This document shows, one piece after another, positions 8,616 through 18,679 of a stretch of DNA of 64,000 bases; position 1 is the stretch's first letter; every line of letters begins with the position of its first letter. This DNA is from Planctomycetota bacterium (GTDB lineage: Bacteria > Planctomycetota > UBA8108 > SXIK01). The position numbers were made by a program, and so were the translations under genes. Location of the stretch: the NCBI GenBank assembly GCA_965223265.1, contig OZ244999.1:7648001-7712000 (forward strand), read 5' to 3'. The notes beneath the pieces were generated by a model. The model saw only the letters and a list, made by a program, of their open reading frames with translations, was not told the DNA's origin and did no database searches.

Positions 8616-11600
8616 ATGACGAAATCCCGACGTAACGCGGCGTCACCCCAGCAACCGTACGCTCTTTGCCGAATCTGCTGCGTCTGGTTGTGGCTTGCGA
8701 TCGCGCTCGCTCCGGGGTCCGTGTGGACCGCCGACTGCAACGGCAACGGACTCGACGACGCGGAGGAAGTCGCGGGCGGCAGCGCACTGGACTGCAACAC
8801 CAATTTCAATCCCGACGAATGTGACGTACCGAAAGCGCGTTTTTCCACCAGCGCTGGCGTCCCCGTACGCGCCGTTCCATTTGCCGTAGCAATCGCCGAT
8901 CTCAACGGCGACTCCATCATGGACGTCGTCACTGGCAACTTCCAGTCGCCCAGTTCGAGCCTCTCTCTTCTGTTCGGGGATGGCGATCGCAACTTCACGC
9001 GCGTTGACTACGACTTGGAGGCAAGGCTGAGCGTCCTTCGCCTCGCCGACCTCGACGGCGACGGTGAAAGCGACGTGATCACGCGGACCTCAAGAGTGCT
9101 GCAGCTGCTTTACAACGAGGGCGGCGGAACGCTCTCGACGCCAGAAATCGTGCGGCTCGCTTCCGGTGCCGTGGCGGTGGAGGTCGGCGATGTTGACGGC
9201 GACGGACTTCCGGATCTCCTGGTAACACATTCGTCGTCGAACACCGTTTCCCTTCTCAGGAATCAAGGCAGCCGCAGCTTCGCCGAAGCCGTGAGCATTC
9301 CAACAGGAGCGAGCCCAGTCGATTTGGCACTCAGCGATCTTGACGGCGACGGCGATCTCGACTTCGTCACCGCCAATCGGTCGTCAAGCGAGGTCGCGAT
9401 TCTGGACAACGACGGCAACGGAGGCTTCGTCGACACGAATCTGAAACTGCCGGTGTCACGCCCCACACTCGTAGAGACTCAAGACCTCGACGCCGACGGC
9501 AGACCCGACGTCGTGGTCGCCGCGGAAGGCCGTGTGGTCACATTTCTGCAAGACGACACCGGCAGCTTCGGCGCACCGTCCGAGTTTCTCACCGAAGGCG
9601 TTCCCTCGTCGTTGGTCGTCGCTGATGTTACCGGCGACGAGATTCCCGATGTCCTGACTCTGCGCGGTTTGTCGTCGACGGTCCTCGTCATGGTCGGCGC
9701 CGGCGACGGAACCTTTCCAGCCTCCTTTGCCGTCGCACTCAGCGACGCATCGACGGCGATTGGCTTGGGCGATCTCGACGGCGACGCGGACCCTGAGATC
9801 GTGGCCGTGGGAGGTACCGATGCCATGACGGTGCTCTGGAACGGCGAGGACATCGGAGTCTCCCTGCTTTCGGAGACGATCGCGATGCCGCCCGCGCCAC
9901 ACTCCGCCTCGATCGGTGACATCGACGGCGATGGTGACCTCGATGTCGTCACCGCCGACGGCAACGGCATGACGATCACGACCTTCGCGAACAACGGCCG
10001 CGGGACCTTGGCCCTGGCTGGTATCCAAGATGTTCGCGGCTACCTCAACTCGATCACGACGGCTGACTTCGATCGTGATGGGGATCTCGATGCGGCGACG
10101 GTCGCCTTTCGCGAGGGTTTCGTCCAAGTCCACTTCAACGATGGCACTGGCACATTCACGAACAAGCTCACGTACATGTCAGGCTCACAGGTATTCTTTG
10201 TGACGCATGTAGACTTGGACGGCGACTCAATTCTCGACCTGATCACGACCAACGAAGGCCAAAACGACTTCGCAAGATTCCGTGGCAACGGCGACGGAAC
10301 CTTCGAGCCGCTCGGCAACGTCACAGCAGGCTCGCGCCCGCGCGCCGCCGCGACAGCGGATTTTGACGGCGACGGGGACGTCGACGTGGCGATCGCCAAC
10401 GCTGGAGCGACGACCTTCGGGCTGATGGTGTTCGCGGGTGATGGGCGCGGCAGTTTCCCGGACGCTCCGATCGAGTACGACGTCGATTCGCCAAACTACG
10501 TCGTTGCTGCGGATCTCAACGGCGATGGCCGCCCTGATCTCGTCACCGCCAACGACATTCGGTTGACGTACAGCGTGCTGATGAACGAGTCGAGCGGCGG
10601 ATTCGGCGCCCCGGTGACCCGCGAGCTCGGTCAGCGGCCCTACTCGCTGATCACAGCTGACGTCAACCTTGATGGCACCATCGATCTCGTCACCGCCAAC
10701 GAAGCGTCGCGTTCGATCTCCGTTGTCCCGAACCATGGCGACGGCACCTTTGCTCCTGCCGTTCACTTCACTGCTGGAATCGATCCACGCTTCGTCCTCG
10801 CTGGCGATCTAGACGGCGATCTGGACCTTGAGCTCGTGGCGGCGAACCACACGTCTCGCGACATCACGGTCTTCGAGAATCAACTGGAAGTTTCGGGGGA
10901 ACCTTTCCTCCCTCTTCTCTGCACCCCGGTGGACTTCGAGAACGTGTCCCGCGCGGCGAGCGCATCACAACCTGGCGTGCGGCGCTTCACTAAGTTCACT
11001 GTGCCGGTCGACCCGGACGACCCCTCACTCGTTCCGCCTTTGGTGCAGAACGTCAATCGCTTCAGTTTCCACGAGGACTTTCTCGAATCGACTTACCCGG
11101 ATCAGTTTCCGCCGGGAACATACAACGAGCTGGTCAACGTCCGAGCTACACGCAAGTACTTTGTCGGTGTACTCTTCCTTCTCAACACCGACATGGGACC
11201 TATCTTCGGCTTCAACGTCTTGGGCAACTTCACATCAGATCTTTCGGAGCTACCGACACCGGAGGAAGTCCGGCGCGTCTTCGAGGCGCTCTCGGGGATC
11301 TTCACGTTAGCGCCGCTCTATTACTATCCTGACCAACGTGTGACGCGCGAGGACGCCGCGACGTGGGTCGATCCTGGCTTCGACATCTTTCTCGACGACC
11401 CGGCGGCGAACATCCCGTTCATTCCGTACACCCAGGGAGTTGGCTTCGGTCGCGTCCGATTGCTGGCAGCGGCGGAGTTCGAAGCCGCAAACGATTCTGG
11501 GCTCATCAGCTTTGAGGACATCCTCGTCCTTGAGCGCGCCCCCCGGGATATCGAAGGCGTCGTCAGTGGCGTCATCACGGCGGAACCGCAGGGCGAGCTC

Positions 11601-14060
11601 AGTCATGTGGCGATCCGCACTGCGCGCCGCGGTACTCCAAACGCCTTCGTTCGCAGTGCCCTCGAAGAATTCGCCACGTATCGCGATCAGCTCGTGCGTC
11701 TGGAAGTGACCGCAGGAGCTTTTCGCGTCGAACCGGCGACACTCGAAGAGGCCCAGGCGTGGTGGCAGTCGAGCCGGCCCGTGATTTCCGTACTGCCGAC
11801 CATCGACGCAGAATTCTCGGATCTGCCGACGCTCGACGAGATTGCCGCCATCGATGCGGCAGTGAAGGAGCCGCCGGCCGTTTCGCGCTTCGGCGGTAAG
11901 GCGTCGAATTTCGCGCGGCTGCAGTCGATCTTGACCGGCGAGATGGCGCGCTACCGAGCTCGCGGCTTCGCGATCCCAATGCGCTACTATCTCGATTTCA
12001 TGCGCACGAACCACATCGCGTCGGCCGTCGACCCAGCACGCATAGTAACGTATGAAGAGTATCTCTCGGAGCTGTTCGCCGACCCTGAATTCCAGTCCGA
12101 CTCACGACGGCGCTTCGAACTCCTCGATCGGCTTCGAGACCACATGGACGACGACAGCTCGATTCCGAGTGAACTTGTCGCACGCCTAGCGCAGCGGATA
12201 GAAGACGTGTTCGGAACAACGACGCTGCGGTTTCGGTTTCGCTCCTCTTCGAACGTGGAGGATGCTCTCGAGTTCAACGGCGCGGGTCTCTACGACTCCA
12301 CCTCGGCCTGCGCTGCCGACGACCTCGATGGCGATGCGGTAGGGCCGTCGCTTTGCGATCCGGAGCGCGAGAACGAACGCGGCATCGGGCGTGCGCTCAG
12401 AAAAGTGTGGCAAAGCCTGTGGAACTTTCGGGCTCACGAGGAGCGAACGTTCTTTAGCATCCCGCCAGAAACTGCGGCGATGGGTGTGCTCGTCAGTCGT
12501 GCGTTCCCGGACGAGCTCGCCAACGGCGTCGCTTTTACCGGCAACCCGTCGAACGCACTTGATCGGCGCTACGTCGTCACGGTGCAGATCGGAGAAAACA
12601 GCGTTGTCAGCCCCGAACCCGGTGAGTTGCCCGAAAAGGACATCCTCACCGTCGTTGACGGTGTCGTCACCGACATCGTGCGCGCCGTGCCCTCGAGCCT
12701 GCTGCCGATCGGAGAAGACGTGATGACAGACGCTCAACTCGAGGAGTTAGGTGCGCTGCTCTGGCACATGGATCAGACGTTTCCCCTGCAGCTTGGAGAC
12801 GTGCCGCGCCAGCAAGTCTTGCTCGACGCGGAGTTCAAGATCGACTCCGAAGGTAGATTGGCCGTCAAACAAGTGCGACCGTTCCTGCTCTCAGGTCCGG
12901 CGCAGCCGACTCCCACTTTTGAGCTGCAGATCCCACCCGGCGCCGCAGCGTGCGTGACATTCAACGGTGTCAAGTTGCTCGCCGTACCTCCTGAGCGCGT
13001 TCTACGCCAGGCTAAAAGCACGGTGACGTTCATCCCTGGGACGGTCAGCTTACCGACGCGCACCGAGACGTTCAGCGGCGAGCTCTTCGCGGAAGTTCGC
13101 CGCAGCGGTGGCGACGAAGTGCTGTCGTCCGCAGGCCCTGGCGAGTTCCGCGTCCGCAGACGAACCGAAGGTGAGACGACCACTTACGCTTTTCGATACA
13201 CGCAAGAATTCACGACTGCTGATGACGCAGCGTACGTGCTCGTCTTGGACAATCTTCTTTTTCGTGCGATTGGCGACGAACCGCTCGAACGATCGCTCCT
13301 CTTCGACGAAGAGTTCATCACGCGCACCCTGCAACTTGAAGGCAACTCCATCTACCCCTACGCCTCCTGCGATGACGATCTCCTGCCGCTTTGGGAGATC
13401 ACCGCTGAGCTCGACGATGGGCTTTCCTTACGACTCTTGGAACGGTTTGAGCCGCCGCCCGACATCAACCTCACCGGCCCAGCGAGTTTAGTCCGCGCAA
13501 CGATCGACATAGGCGACGAGGTACGCCAAGTCGATGACTACTGGCATCTGGTCTACGCTGCTGATCGTCACAACCAGAGAATCCATTACTGGGCCGTTCT
13601 CGATCCCCCGCTTCCCATGGCCGGACTCGAACGCCCCATCCATGTCGTCGCCGTGGAGACTCCCGATTTCACGCCGCAGGCACCGTTCACCGTTACCTAC
13701 CTCGACGAAAACCTAATGCCGATTCACTCGCCCGGCGTGCTCAGGAGCGAAAAGCGATTGGCTGAGACGGAGGCGAGGTTTCGGCGCGGCGATCTCGACG
13801 CGGATGGCAACGCTGCGCTGGCGGACGCCGTCGCCATCCTCAACTATCTCTTCCGCGCCGGCAGCGCTCCACGCTGCCAGAAGGCAGCCGATGCGAACGA
13901 CGATGGTCGGCTGAACGTCACCGACGCGATCAGCGTGCTGCTGCACTCTTTCGCAGGTGCCGGCGCCCTTCCAGCGCCGTTTGTCACGTGTGGAACAGAC
14001 CCAACCCCCGACGACCTCGAGTGCACCACGAGTGAAGCTTGCGCCGCAAGCGATCAGTAG
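8616..14060 (+). CDS. Secreted FG-GAP/VCBS-repeat protein fused to a phospho-His swivel + ATP-grasp (PEP/pyruvate-binding, PPDK_N) dikinase core and a C-terminal dockerin-like module
   Basis: Signal peptide, two DCNxN motifs, many DLDGDGDxD repeats, then ELSHVAIRTARRGTP, FGGKASN, RFRSSSNVEDALEFNGAGLYDS and KQVRP. The tail is FRRGDLDADG...C..AADANDDG. Confidence 0.88.
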   Translation: MTKSRRNAASPQQPYALCRICCVWLWLAIALAPGSVWTADCNGNGLDDAEEVAGGSALDCNTNFNPDECDVPKARFSTSAGVPVRAVPFAVAIADLNGDSIMDVVTGNFQSPSSSLSLLFGDGDRNFTRVDYDLEARLSVLRLADLDGDGESDVITRTSRVLQLLYNEGGGTLSTPEIVRLASGAVAVEVGDVDGDGLPDLLVTHSSSNTVSLLRNQGSRSFAEAVSIPTGASPVDLALSDLDGDGDLDFVTANRSSSEVAILDNDGNGGFVDTNLKLPVSRPTLVETQDLDADGRPDVVVAAEGRVVTFLQDDTGSFGAPSEFLTEGVPSSLVVADVTGDEIPDVLTLRGLSSTVLVMVGAGDGTFPASFAVALSDASTAIGLGDLDGDADPEIVAVGGTDAMTVLWNGEDIGVSLLSETIAMPPAPHSASIGDIDGDGDLDVVTADGNGMTITTFANNGRGTLALAGIQDVRGYLNSITTADFDRDGDLDAATVAFREGFVQVHFNDGTGTFTNKLTYMSGSQVFFVTHVDLDGDSILDLITTNEGQNDFARFRGNGDGTFEPLGNVTAGSRPRAAATADFDGDGDVDVAIANAGATTFGLMVFAGDGRGSFPDAPIEYDVDSPNYVVAADLNGDGRPDLVTANDIRLTYSVLMNESSGGFGAPVTRELGQRPYSLITADVNLDGTIDLVTANEASRSISVVPNHGDGTFAPAVHFTAGIDPRFVLAGDLDGDLDLELVAANHTSRDITVFENQLEVSGEPFLPLLCTPVDFENVSRAASASQPGVRRFTKFTVPVDPDDPSLVPPLVQNVNRFSFHEDFLESTYPDQFPPGTYNELVNVRATRKYFVGVLFLLNTDMGPIFGFNVLGNFTSDLSELPTPEEVRRVFEALSGIFTLAPLYYYPDQRVTREDAATWVDPGFDIFLDDPAANIPFIPYTQGVGFGRVRLLAAAEFEAANDSGLISFEDILVLERAPRDIEGVVSGVITAEPQGELSHVAIRTARRGTPNAFVRSALEEFATYRDQLVRLEVTAGAFRVEPATLEEAQAWWQSSRPVISVLPTIDAEFSDLPTLDEIAAIDAAVKEPPAVSRFGGKASNFARLQSILTGEMARYRARGFAIPMRYYLDFMRTNHIASAVDPARIVTYEEYLSELFADPEFQSDSRRRFELLDRLRDHMDDDSSIPSELVARLAQRIEDVFGTTTLRFRFRSSSNVEDALEFNGAGLYDSTSACAADDLDGDAVGPSLCDPERENERGIGRALRKVWQSLWNFRAHEERTFFSIPPETAAMGVLVSRAFPDELANGVAFTGNPSNALDRRYVVTVQIGENSVVSPEPGELPEKDILTVVDGVVTDIVRAVPSSLLPIGEDVMTDAQLEELGALLWHMDQTFPLQLGDVPRQQVLLDAEFKIDSEGRLAVKQVRPFLLSGPAQPTPTFELQIPPGAAACVTFNGVKLLAVPPERVLRQAKSTVTFIPGTVSLPTRTETFSGELFAEVRRSGGDEVLSSAGPGEFRVRRRTEGETTTYAFRYTQEFTTADDAAYVLVLDNLLFRAIGDEPLERSLLFDEEFITRTLQLEGNSIYPYASCDDDLLPLWEITAELDDGLSLRLLERFEPPPDINLTGPASLVRATIDIGDEVRQVDDYWHLVYAADRHNQRIHYWAVLDPPLPMAGLERPIHVVAVETPDFTPQAPFTVTYLDENLMPIHSPGVLRSEKRLAETEARFRRGDLDADGNAALADAVAILNYLFRAGSAPRCQKAADANDDGRLNVTDAISVLLHSFAGAGALPAPFVTCGTDPTPDDLECTTSEACAASDQ

Positions 14061-14089
14061 CCCTCGCCCATCGCAGCCCGAAACCCACG

Positions 14090-14620
14090 ATGCCCAGGAA
14101 TACCGAGATCAAGGCGCGCATCGCAAGCCGCGACGACGCTGAGAAGATTCATCGCCGTGCGGCTGAGCTCGCTTCGGCGCCACCGGAGGTTCTGCAACAA
14201 GTCGACACGTTCTTCAACGCCCCACACGGTCGCCTGAAGCTGCGCCGATTCGCAGGCGGCAGCGGCGAGCTCATCTTTTACGAGCGGCCTGATCGAACGG
14301 GTCCAAAGACCTCGGCCTATGAGCGCTCGCCTTGCAGCTCTCCAGAGACGCTGAGCTCCGTGCTGGAGCGGGCACTTGGCAGGCGCGGTGTCGTCGCAAA
14401 AAAAAGACACGTGTATCTCGTCGGTCGGACGAGAATCCACGTCGATGACGTCGAGAATCTCGGCACGTTCCTCGAACTCGAGGTGGTTCTTCGCGAGGGT
14501 GAATCGGAAAGCGATGGACACGCTACTGCGGTGCGGCTACTCGGCGAGCTGTCGATCGACCCGTCTTCTCTTGTTTCAGGGGCTTACATTGATCTTCTGG
14601 AGAACCGCTCGCGCAAGTGA
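14090..14620 (+). CDS. CYTH-domain protein (class IV adenylate cyclase / triphosphate tunnel family)
   Basis: N-terminal ExK-type motif NTEIKAR, QVDTFF, GRLKLR, TRIHVDDVENLGTFLELEV and GAYIDLL. Confidence 0.9.
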   Translation: MPRNTEIKARIASRDDAEKIHRRAAELASAPPEVLQQVDTFFNAPHGRLKLRRFAGGSGELIFYERPDRTGPKTSAYERSPCSSPETLSSVLERALGRRGVVAKKRHVYLVGRTRIHVDDVENLGTFLELEVVLREGESESDGHATAVRLLGELSIDPSSLVSGAYIDLLENRSRK

Positions 14621-14672
14621 GGGAAGTGGAGTGGCAGCGCGCGCCGCGGCGAAAGCTCTTCGTCCCAGTGGA

Positions 14673-15767
14673 TCACTCGTACACGACCACCGTCTTGATG
14701 CTCTCCGGCACGCGCTCGGTGTAGTGCCGAAGCGACGCGTCGAGGTCGACACGTGCAGTGATGAGTTCGTCGACAGCACCCGGCTCGGATTCCTGAAAGT
14801 GTCGCAGATGAGTGAGCGCTGCCTCGAAATCCTCTGGTGCCGAATTGACAGACCCGATGTGCAGGTTGTTTCTCAACAACCCCTCACGCATGAGGATGCC
14901 AACGTTCGACCGTTTCGCCTGTGGCGATCTGAGGCTGCCGAGCCAAACCATAACGCCGCGCGCAGCCAAAGCGCTCGCAGACTCAAGCATGACTTCATCG
15001 CTTCCCGTGCACTCTAGGATCAAATCGTAGCCGTTGCGATCCGGGTCGTCGGGCACCAATGAACCGCTGGCTGCGTCGACGTAACTCGCGCCGAAGCGCT
15101 GCGCCAGAGCTACCCTGGCACTGGACGCATCGTCTCTGCCGTAAAGCGTCACGGGCCAGCCGCGCGCTCTAGATGACAAGACAGCGGCAAAGCCGATCGG
15201 GCCCATCCCAGTGACGAGGACACGCGGCGGCGCCTCTCTCCAAGCCTCGCCGCCGAGACGAGCGGTCTGCAGCAAAACGGCTTCCCGAATCCCCTTCTCA
15301 GCCACCGAGATCGGTTCGGCGAGGACGGCAGCGTGGGCGAGCTCTGGCGGAACCGCGACCAGATGTTCGGGACGATCGAGCCAGCGTGCGGCAGAGAAAC
15401 CGTGTTCCCACATAATGCCGCGCTCAGTGAAATCTCCCATATTCAGAAAGTCAGTGCGCCACGGCGCATCGCAGTTGGTGCGAGTTCGCCTGACCAGCGG
15501 CACGACGAGATCATCGACGTGAACATCGGTCACCCCCGCTCCGACCAACTCGACGCGAGCCAAACACTCATGGCCGAGAATCAGGTACTCCTCGCCTGGT
15601 GGCACGAGCGGCGCACGATTGGCGAGAATGTCTCGATCCGTCCCGCACACACCAAGCTCCAGCGTGCGGCACAGGACCTCGCCCGCTGCGGGCGGACGCG
15701 GCTCCGGGCATTCGACGATCTGAGGTGTCGCGATTTCTGGATACGCCGCGATCGCGCGCAGGTTCAC
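14673..15767 (-). CDS. Zinc-dependent medium-chain dehydrogenase, glucose 1-dehydrogenase-like
   Basis: GVCGTD, LGHE, ERGI...HGF, LAEPISVAEK, GMGPIG Rossmann motif and GSVNS. Confidence 0.85.
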   Translation of the reverse strand: MNLRAIAAYPEIATPQIVECPEPRPPAAGEVLCRTLELGVCGTDRDILANRAPLVPPGEEYLILGHECLARVELVGAGVTDVHVDDLVVPLVRRTRTNCDAPWRTDFLNMGDFTERGIMWEHGFSAARWLDRPEHLVAVPPELAHAAVLAEPISVAEKGIREAVLLQTARLGGEAWREAPPRVLVTGMGPIGFAAVLSSRARGWPVTLYGRDDASSARVALAQRFGASYVDAASGSLVPDDPDRNGYDLILECTGSDEVMLESASALAARGVMVWLGSLRSPQAKRSNVGILMREGLLRNNLHIGSVNSAPEDFEAALTHLRHFQESEPGAVDELITARVDLDASLRHYTERVPESIKTVVVYE

Positions 15768-15856
15768 TCCAATGTCTCCACCGTCTCTCGTCTCGATGGC
15801 GGCGAGCAGAATCGCTGCGAGCTCGCCATGGTCCTGCCGCTACTCACTCTTAGTTG

Positions 15857-18334
15857 TTACGGCTTCGCCGTGCGCTTCTTTACCAGCCAAACTTCGGCAA
15901 CATGACAACCGCGCCCGCTACCACCGGCGCCAGGTGCTTGCCGCCACGTCAGGCGTAGTGTACCGTCTCGCGTCAATTCGGGCGCCACGTCAAACTCAAG
16001 AATCTCCCCGGTCGGCGCCTTGTGCCGCAGTTCGTGCACGACATGATCGTCCGCCCAGCACTGCACCTGACTATTCGGATTGTCACCGCCGTAGTTGATG
16101 CGCAGCCGATACGCCGCTGTCGGATCCAAGTTCTCGTAATGCAACTCGAGAGGCACGTCAAAGAGAATATAAGCGTGACGCAGCCATGAAGTTCGCCACG
16201 GCTCGTAATGATCAGATTCAAAACCAACAAGCGACGAAGCCGAAAAGTCTGGATCGTTCACACTCCCAACTCCACGCACGAGATGGGGCTGCTGCGTCAG
16301 GTTCCCCAGGTCGTCATAGAATCCTCCCAGTCCAGGATTCGTCCAGTTGACGATCGCGTCGAGGTGCGCGAGCCGATCCTTCTCGCCTTCCATCGCAGCG
16401 ATCTCCTTGAACTGCGCTTCGAGCCACGGACGATTGTTGAGTGCCTTGTCGACCTCGTCCAAATTGGCGCCTCGTCGGATGGCGATTGCCTGGTAGCGCT
16501 CGACGCTTAGCTGCATACGGATGCTCTGATAGAGTGCCTCGGCCATTTCGAAGACCCGAGCACGGTAGTCGACCGCGACCGGTTGAAGAACGGCGCGAGA
16601 GAGAATCTCTCGCGCGCGAGCCATCGCCAGCTCCGAGCCCAACTCTGGCGCTCGCCGAAGAACATCCATCGCCCGGTTCTCGAGCTCCGTCTCGTAGATC
16701 AGACGCTGCCGGACGTAGGCGTCGTAGTAGGCGCGGTAGCGCACCTGCTGGAGACGCCAGTTGAGCAAGTCCTGAGGACTTGCCACCGATTCCAGCGCTT
16801 GCAACTTTCGCAGTGTCGTGTCGACGCGATCGTTGGCGATCAGCGATCCCTCCCAGTTGCGTTCGAGATCGAGGAGCAGATGAGCGAACTCATCCTCGTA
16901 GCGCTCGCCGATGAAGTAGCGACTGTATTGACGCAGAATCTCGATGAGTGGCGTCTCGGGGTCCCAACCGATGCCGCTCCAAACGAACTTGTTGACGTCG
17001 TCGTTGCATCCCTCTGAGTACGTTATGAAACCGATTGTGGGTTCGCGCAGCTTGCGGCAGATGTTGGCTTGCGCGCGCGGCCGCGGGTTGATGACTTCGC
17101 GAGCCTGAGTGCGGGCGAAGGCGAAATCCCAGTCCGGCACGGGAAATTGCGCGTCGAGGCAGTGCGTGATGTCAGGATAGCGGCGGATCGGATACTCCTC
17201 CGGTACCAGACGGCGCAGCTCCGCGAGTCCGACGCGCACCTGCGGGCCGTGGACGATGCCGCTGAGCCACTTTGGCCGCTGACGACGAAGGATCTCGAGA
17301 AAGTCCTGCATCCACTCGCCCTTGAAACCCTGCGGCGACATCCACATCTCCGCGCTGGGGTGATACCGCTTCAGGACGACCGCAACTTTTTCGAGGAGCC
17401 CCATCATGTAACGCGGCTCGGTGTGACCGGGGTCGCCACCTGGGACGAAGACTGCGTCAAGGCGTGGCAAGACCTTGAAGACCTCACCCCATTCCTTGAG
17501 CGCGAACTCGACCGTGGCGGGATCGGAGTAGTCCAAGTCAAGCGCGGGGTACCAGACCCAAACGTCCAGATCGTATGCGTCGAGCATCCGAGAGACGCCG
17601 ACCATGGTGTCGATCTGCGGCAGTGGAAAGTGCGGACTGCCCGCTGCGTCGTCTGAGCGGGGCGGGATCAATTCCACCGCGTTGGTACCGAAGACGATCA
17701 AGTCGCGAATGTATTGATCCCAGATCTCGAGGCTCCAACCGTCATACGAGTTGGTCTTGGGCCGAAACCCTAGTTGGTGGCCGCGCAAAGGAGTCTCCGG
17801 CGCCGTCGTGATCTCGAACCCACGTGGACACACCACGCGACCTCGCGACAGCGACAGTTCGCGCAAAAGTCTACCGACACCGAACAGGACGCCGCGCTCA
17901 TCGACGCCGGTGATCACCACGAACGCTGCTCCGTCCGGCGGCTCGGCGGTGCGGATCCGAAACCCTTCTGCCCCCGCAGGCCTCGGTTCACGCGCGATTG
18001 CGCCCGCATGCGGACCGGCGAACGAGCCAAGATGCGCGTCGCGTCCGACAGCGATCACGGGCAAACGCTCGGACGGCCACCCCCTTCGAACCGGTAGGCG
18101 AATGAGTGTCCTCTTGGCTACTTCCTCCACGAGCAATTCGACTGCCTTCTCCTCACGAGCGGAGACTTGAGGGGAAACGACGACCACGGCCTGCGAGAGG
18201 TCGAAGCTGTCGCCGGAACGAGCGGCGAGAGTCGGCGGTAGCACCGACGTCAAAGCGAGTATGGTCAACACAACCCAGACTCGGACAGCGCAGCGTCGGG
18301 GTGAATCGCAAGAGTGCACAGCAGAGTGATTCAT
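15857..18334 (-). CDS. Secreted glycoside-hydrolase-like protein (GH67N/GH20b-type N-terminal domain)
   Basis: Signal peptide and EGFRI...VITGVDERGVLFGVGRLLREL, the N-terminal domain motif of alpha-glucuronidase/hexosaminidase. The rest of the protein could not be assigned. Confidence 0.7.
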   Translation of the reverse strand: MNHSAVHSCDSPRRCAVRVWVVLTILALTSVLPPTLAARSGDSFDLSQAVVVVSPQVSAREEKAVELLVEEVAKRTLIRLPVRRGWPSERLPVIAVGRDAHLGSFAGPHAGAIAREPRPAGAEGFRIRTAEPPDGAAFVVITGVDERGVLFGVGRLLRELSLSRGRVVCPRGFEITTAPETPLRGHQLGFRPKTNSYDGWSLEIWDQYIRDLIVFGTNAVELIPPRSDDAAGSPHFPLPQIDTMVGVSRMLDAYDLDVWVWYPALDLDYSDPATVEFALKEWGEVFKVLPRLDAVFVPGGDPGHTEPRYMMGLLEKVAVVLKRYHPSAEMWMSPQGFKGEWMQDFLEILRRQRPKWLSGIVHGPQVRVGLAELRRLVPEEYPIRRYPDITHCLDAQFPVPDWDFAFARTQAREVINPRPRAQANICRKLREPTIGFITYSEGCNDDVNKFVWSGIGWDPETPLIEILRQYSRYFIGERYEDEFAHLLLDLERNWEGSLIANDRVDTTLRKLQALESVASPQDLLNWRLQQVRYRAYYDAYVRQRLIYETELENRAMDVLRRAPELGSELAMARAREILSRAVLQPVAVDYRARVFEMAEALYQSIRMQLSVERYQAIAIRRGANLDEVDKALNNRPWLEAQFKEIAAMEGEKDRLAHLDAIVNWTNPGLGGFYDDLGNLTQQPHLVRGVGSVNDPDFSASSLVGFESDHYEPWRTSWLRHAYILFDVPLELHYENLDPTAAYRLRINYGGDNPNSQVQCWADDHVVHELRHKAPTGEILEFDVAPELTRDGTLRLTWRQAPGAGGSGRGCHVAEVWLVKKRTAKP

Positions 18335-18679
18335 CGGGTGTTTCCAGAAGCTTGAATTCTCACAGTCCTACGCGAAGCCGCCCACCGAGAACTAACTTCC
18401 GACAGCTCGTCGCCTCGCAGTCTCAGGGCCACCGTTGTATCAAGAAATCCAAAACGAAAGAAGCCAGAGAGACCTTGCGTTCGCGCACAGAAAACTAAAC
18501 GCTGTCGAAAGACTAGGTCGATGTGTGGGAGACCGACACGCACGCCGAATGAGCATCCCCGGCTCCGATAAACCGGCCGTAATTGACGCGTCTCTCTCAG
18601 TGGAGCACTCTTCTCCGGCGGGGACGGTCGCAAGCGGCGACCACAGTCGCGTAAGGAAGTGCCTCGCCTCTGAGGATCA

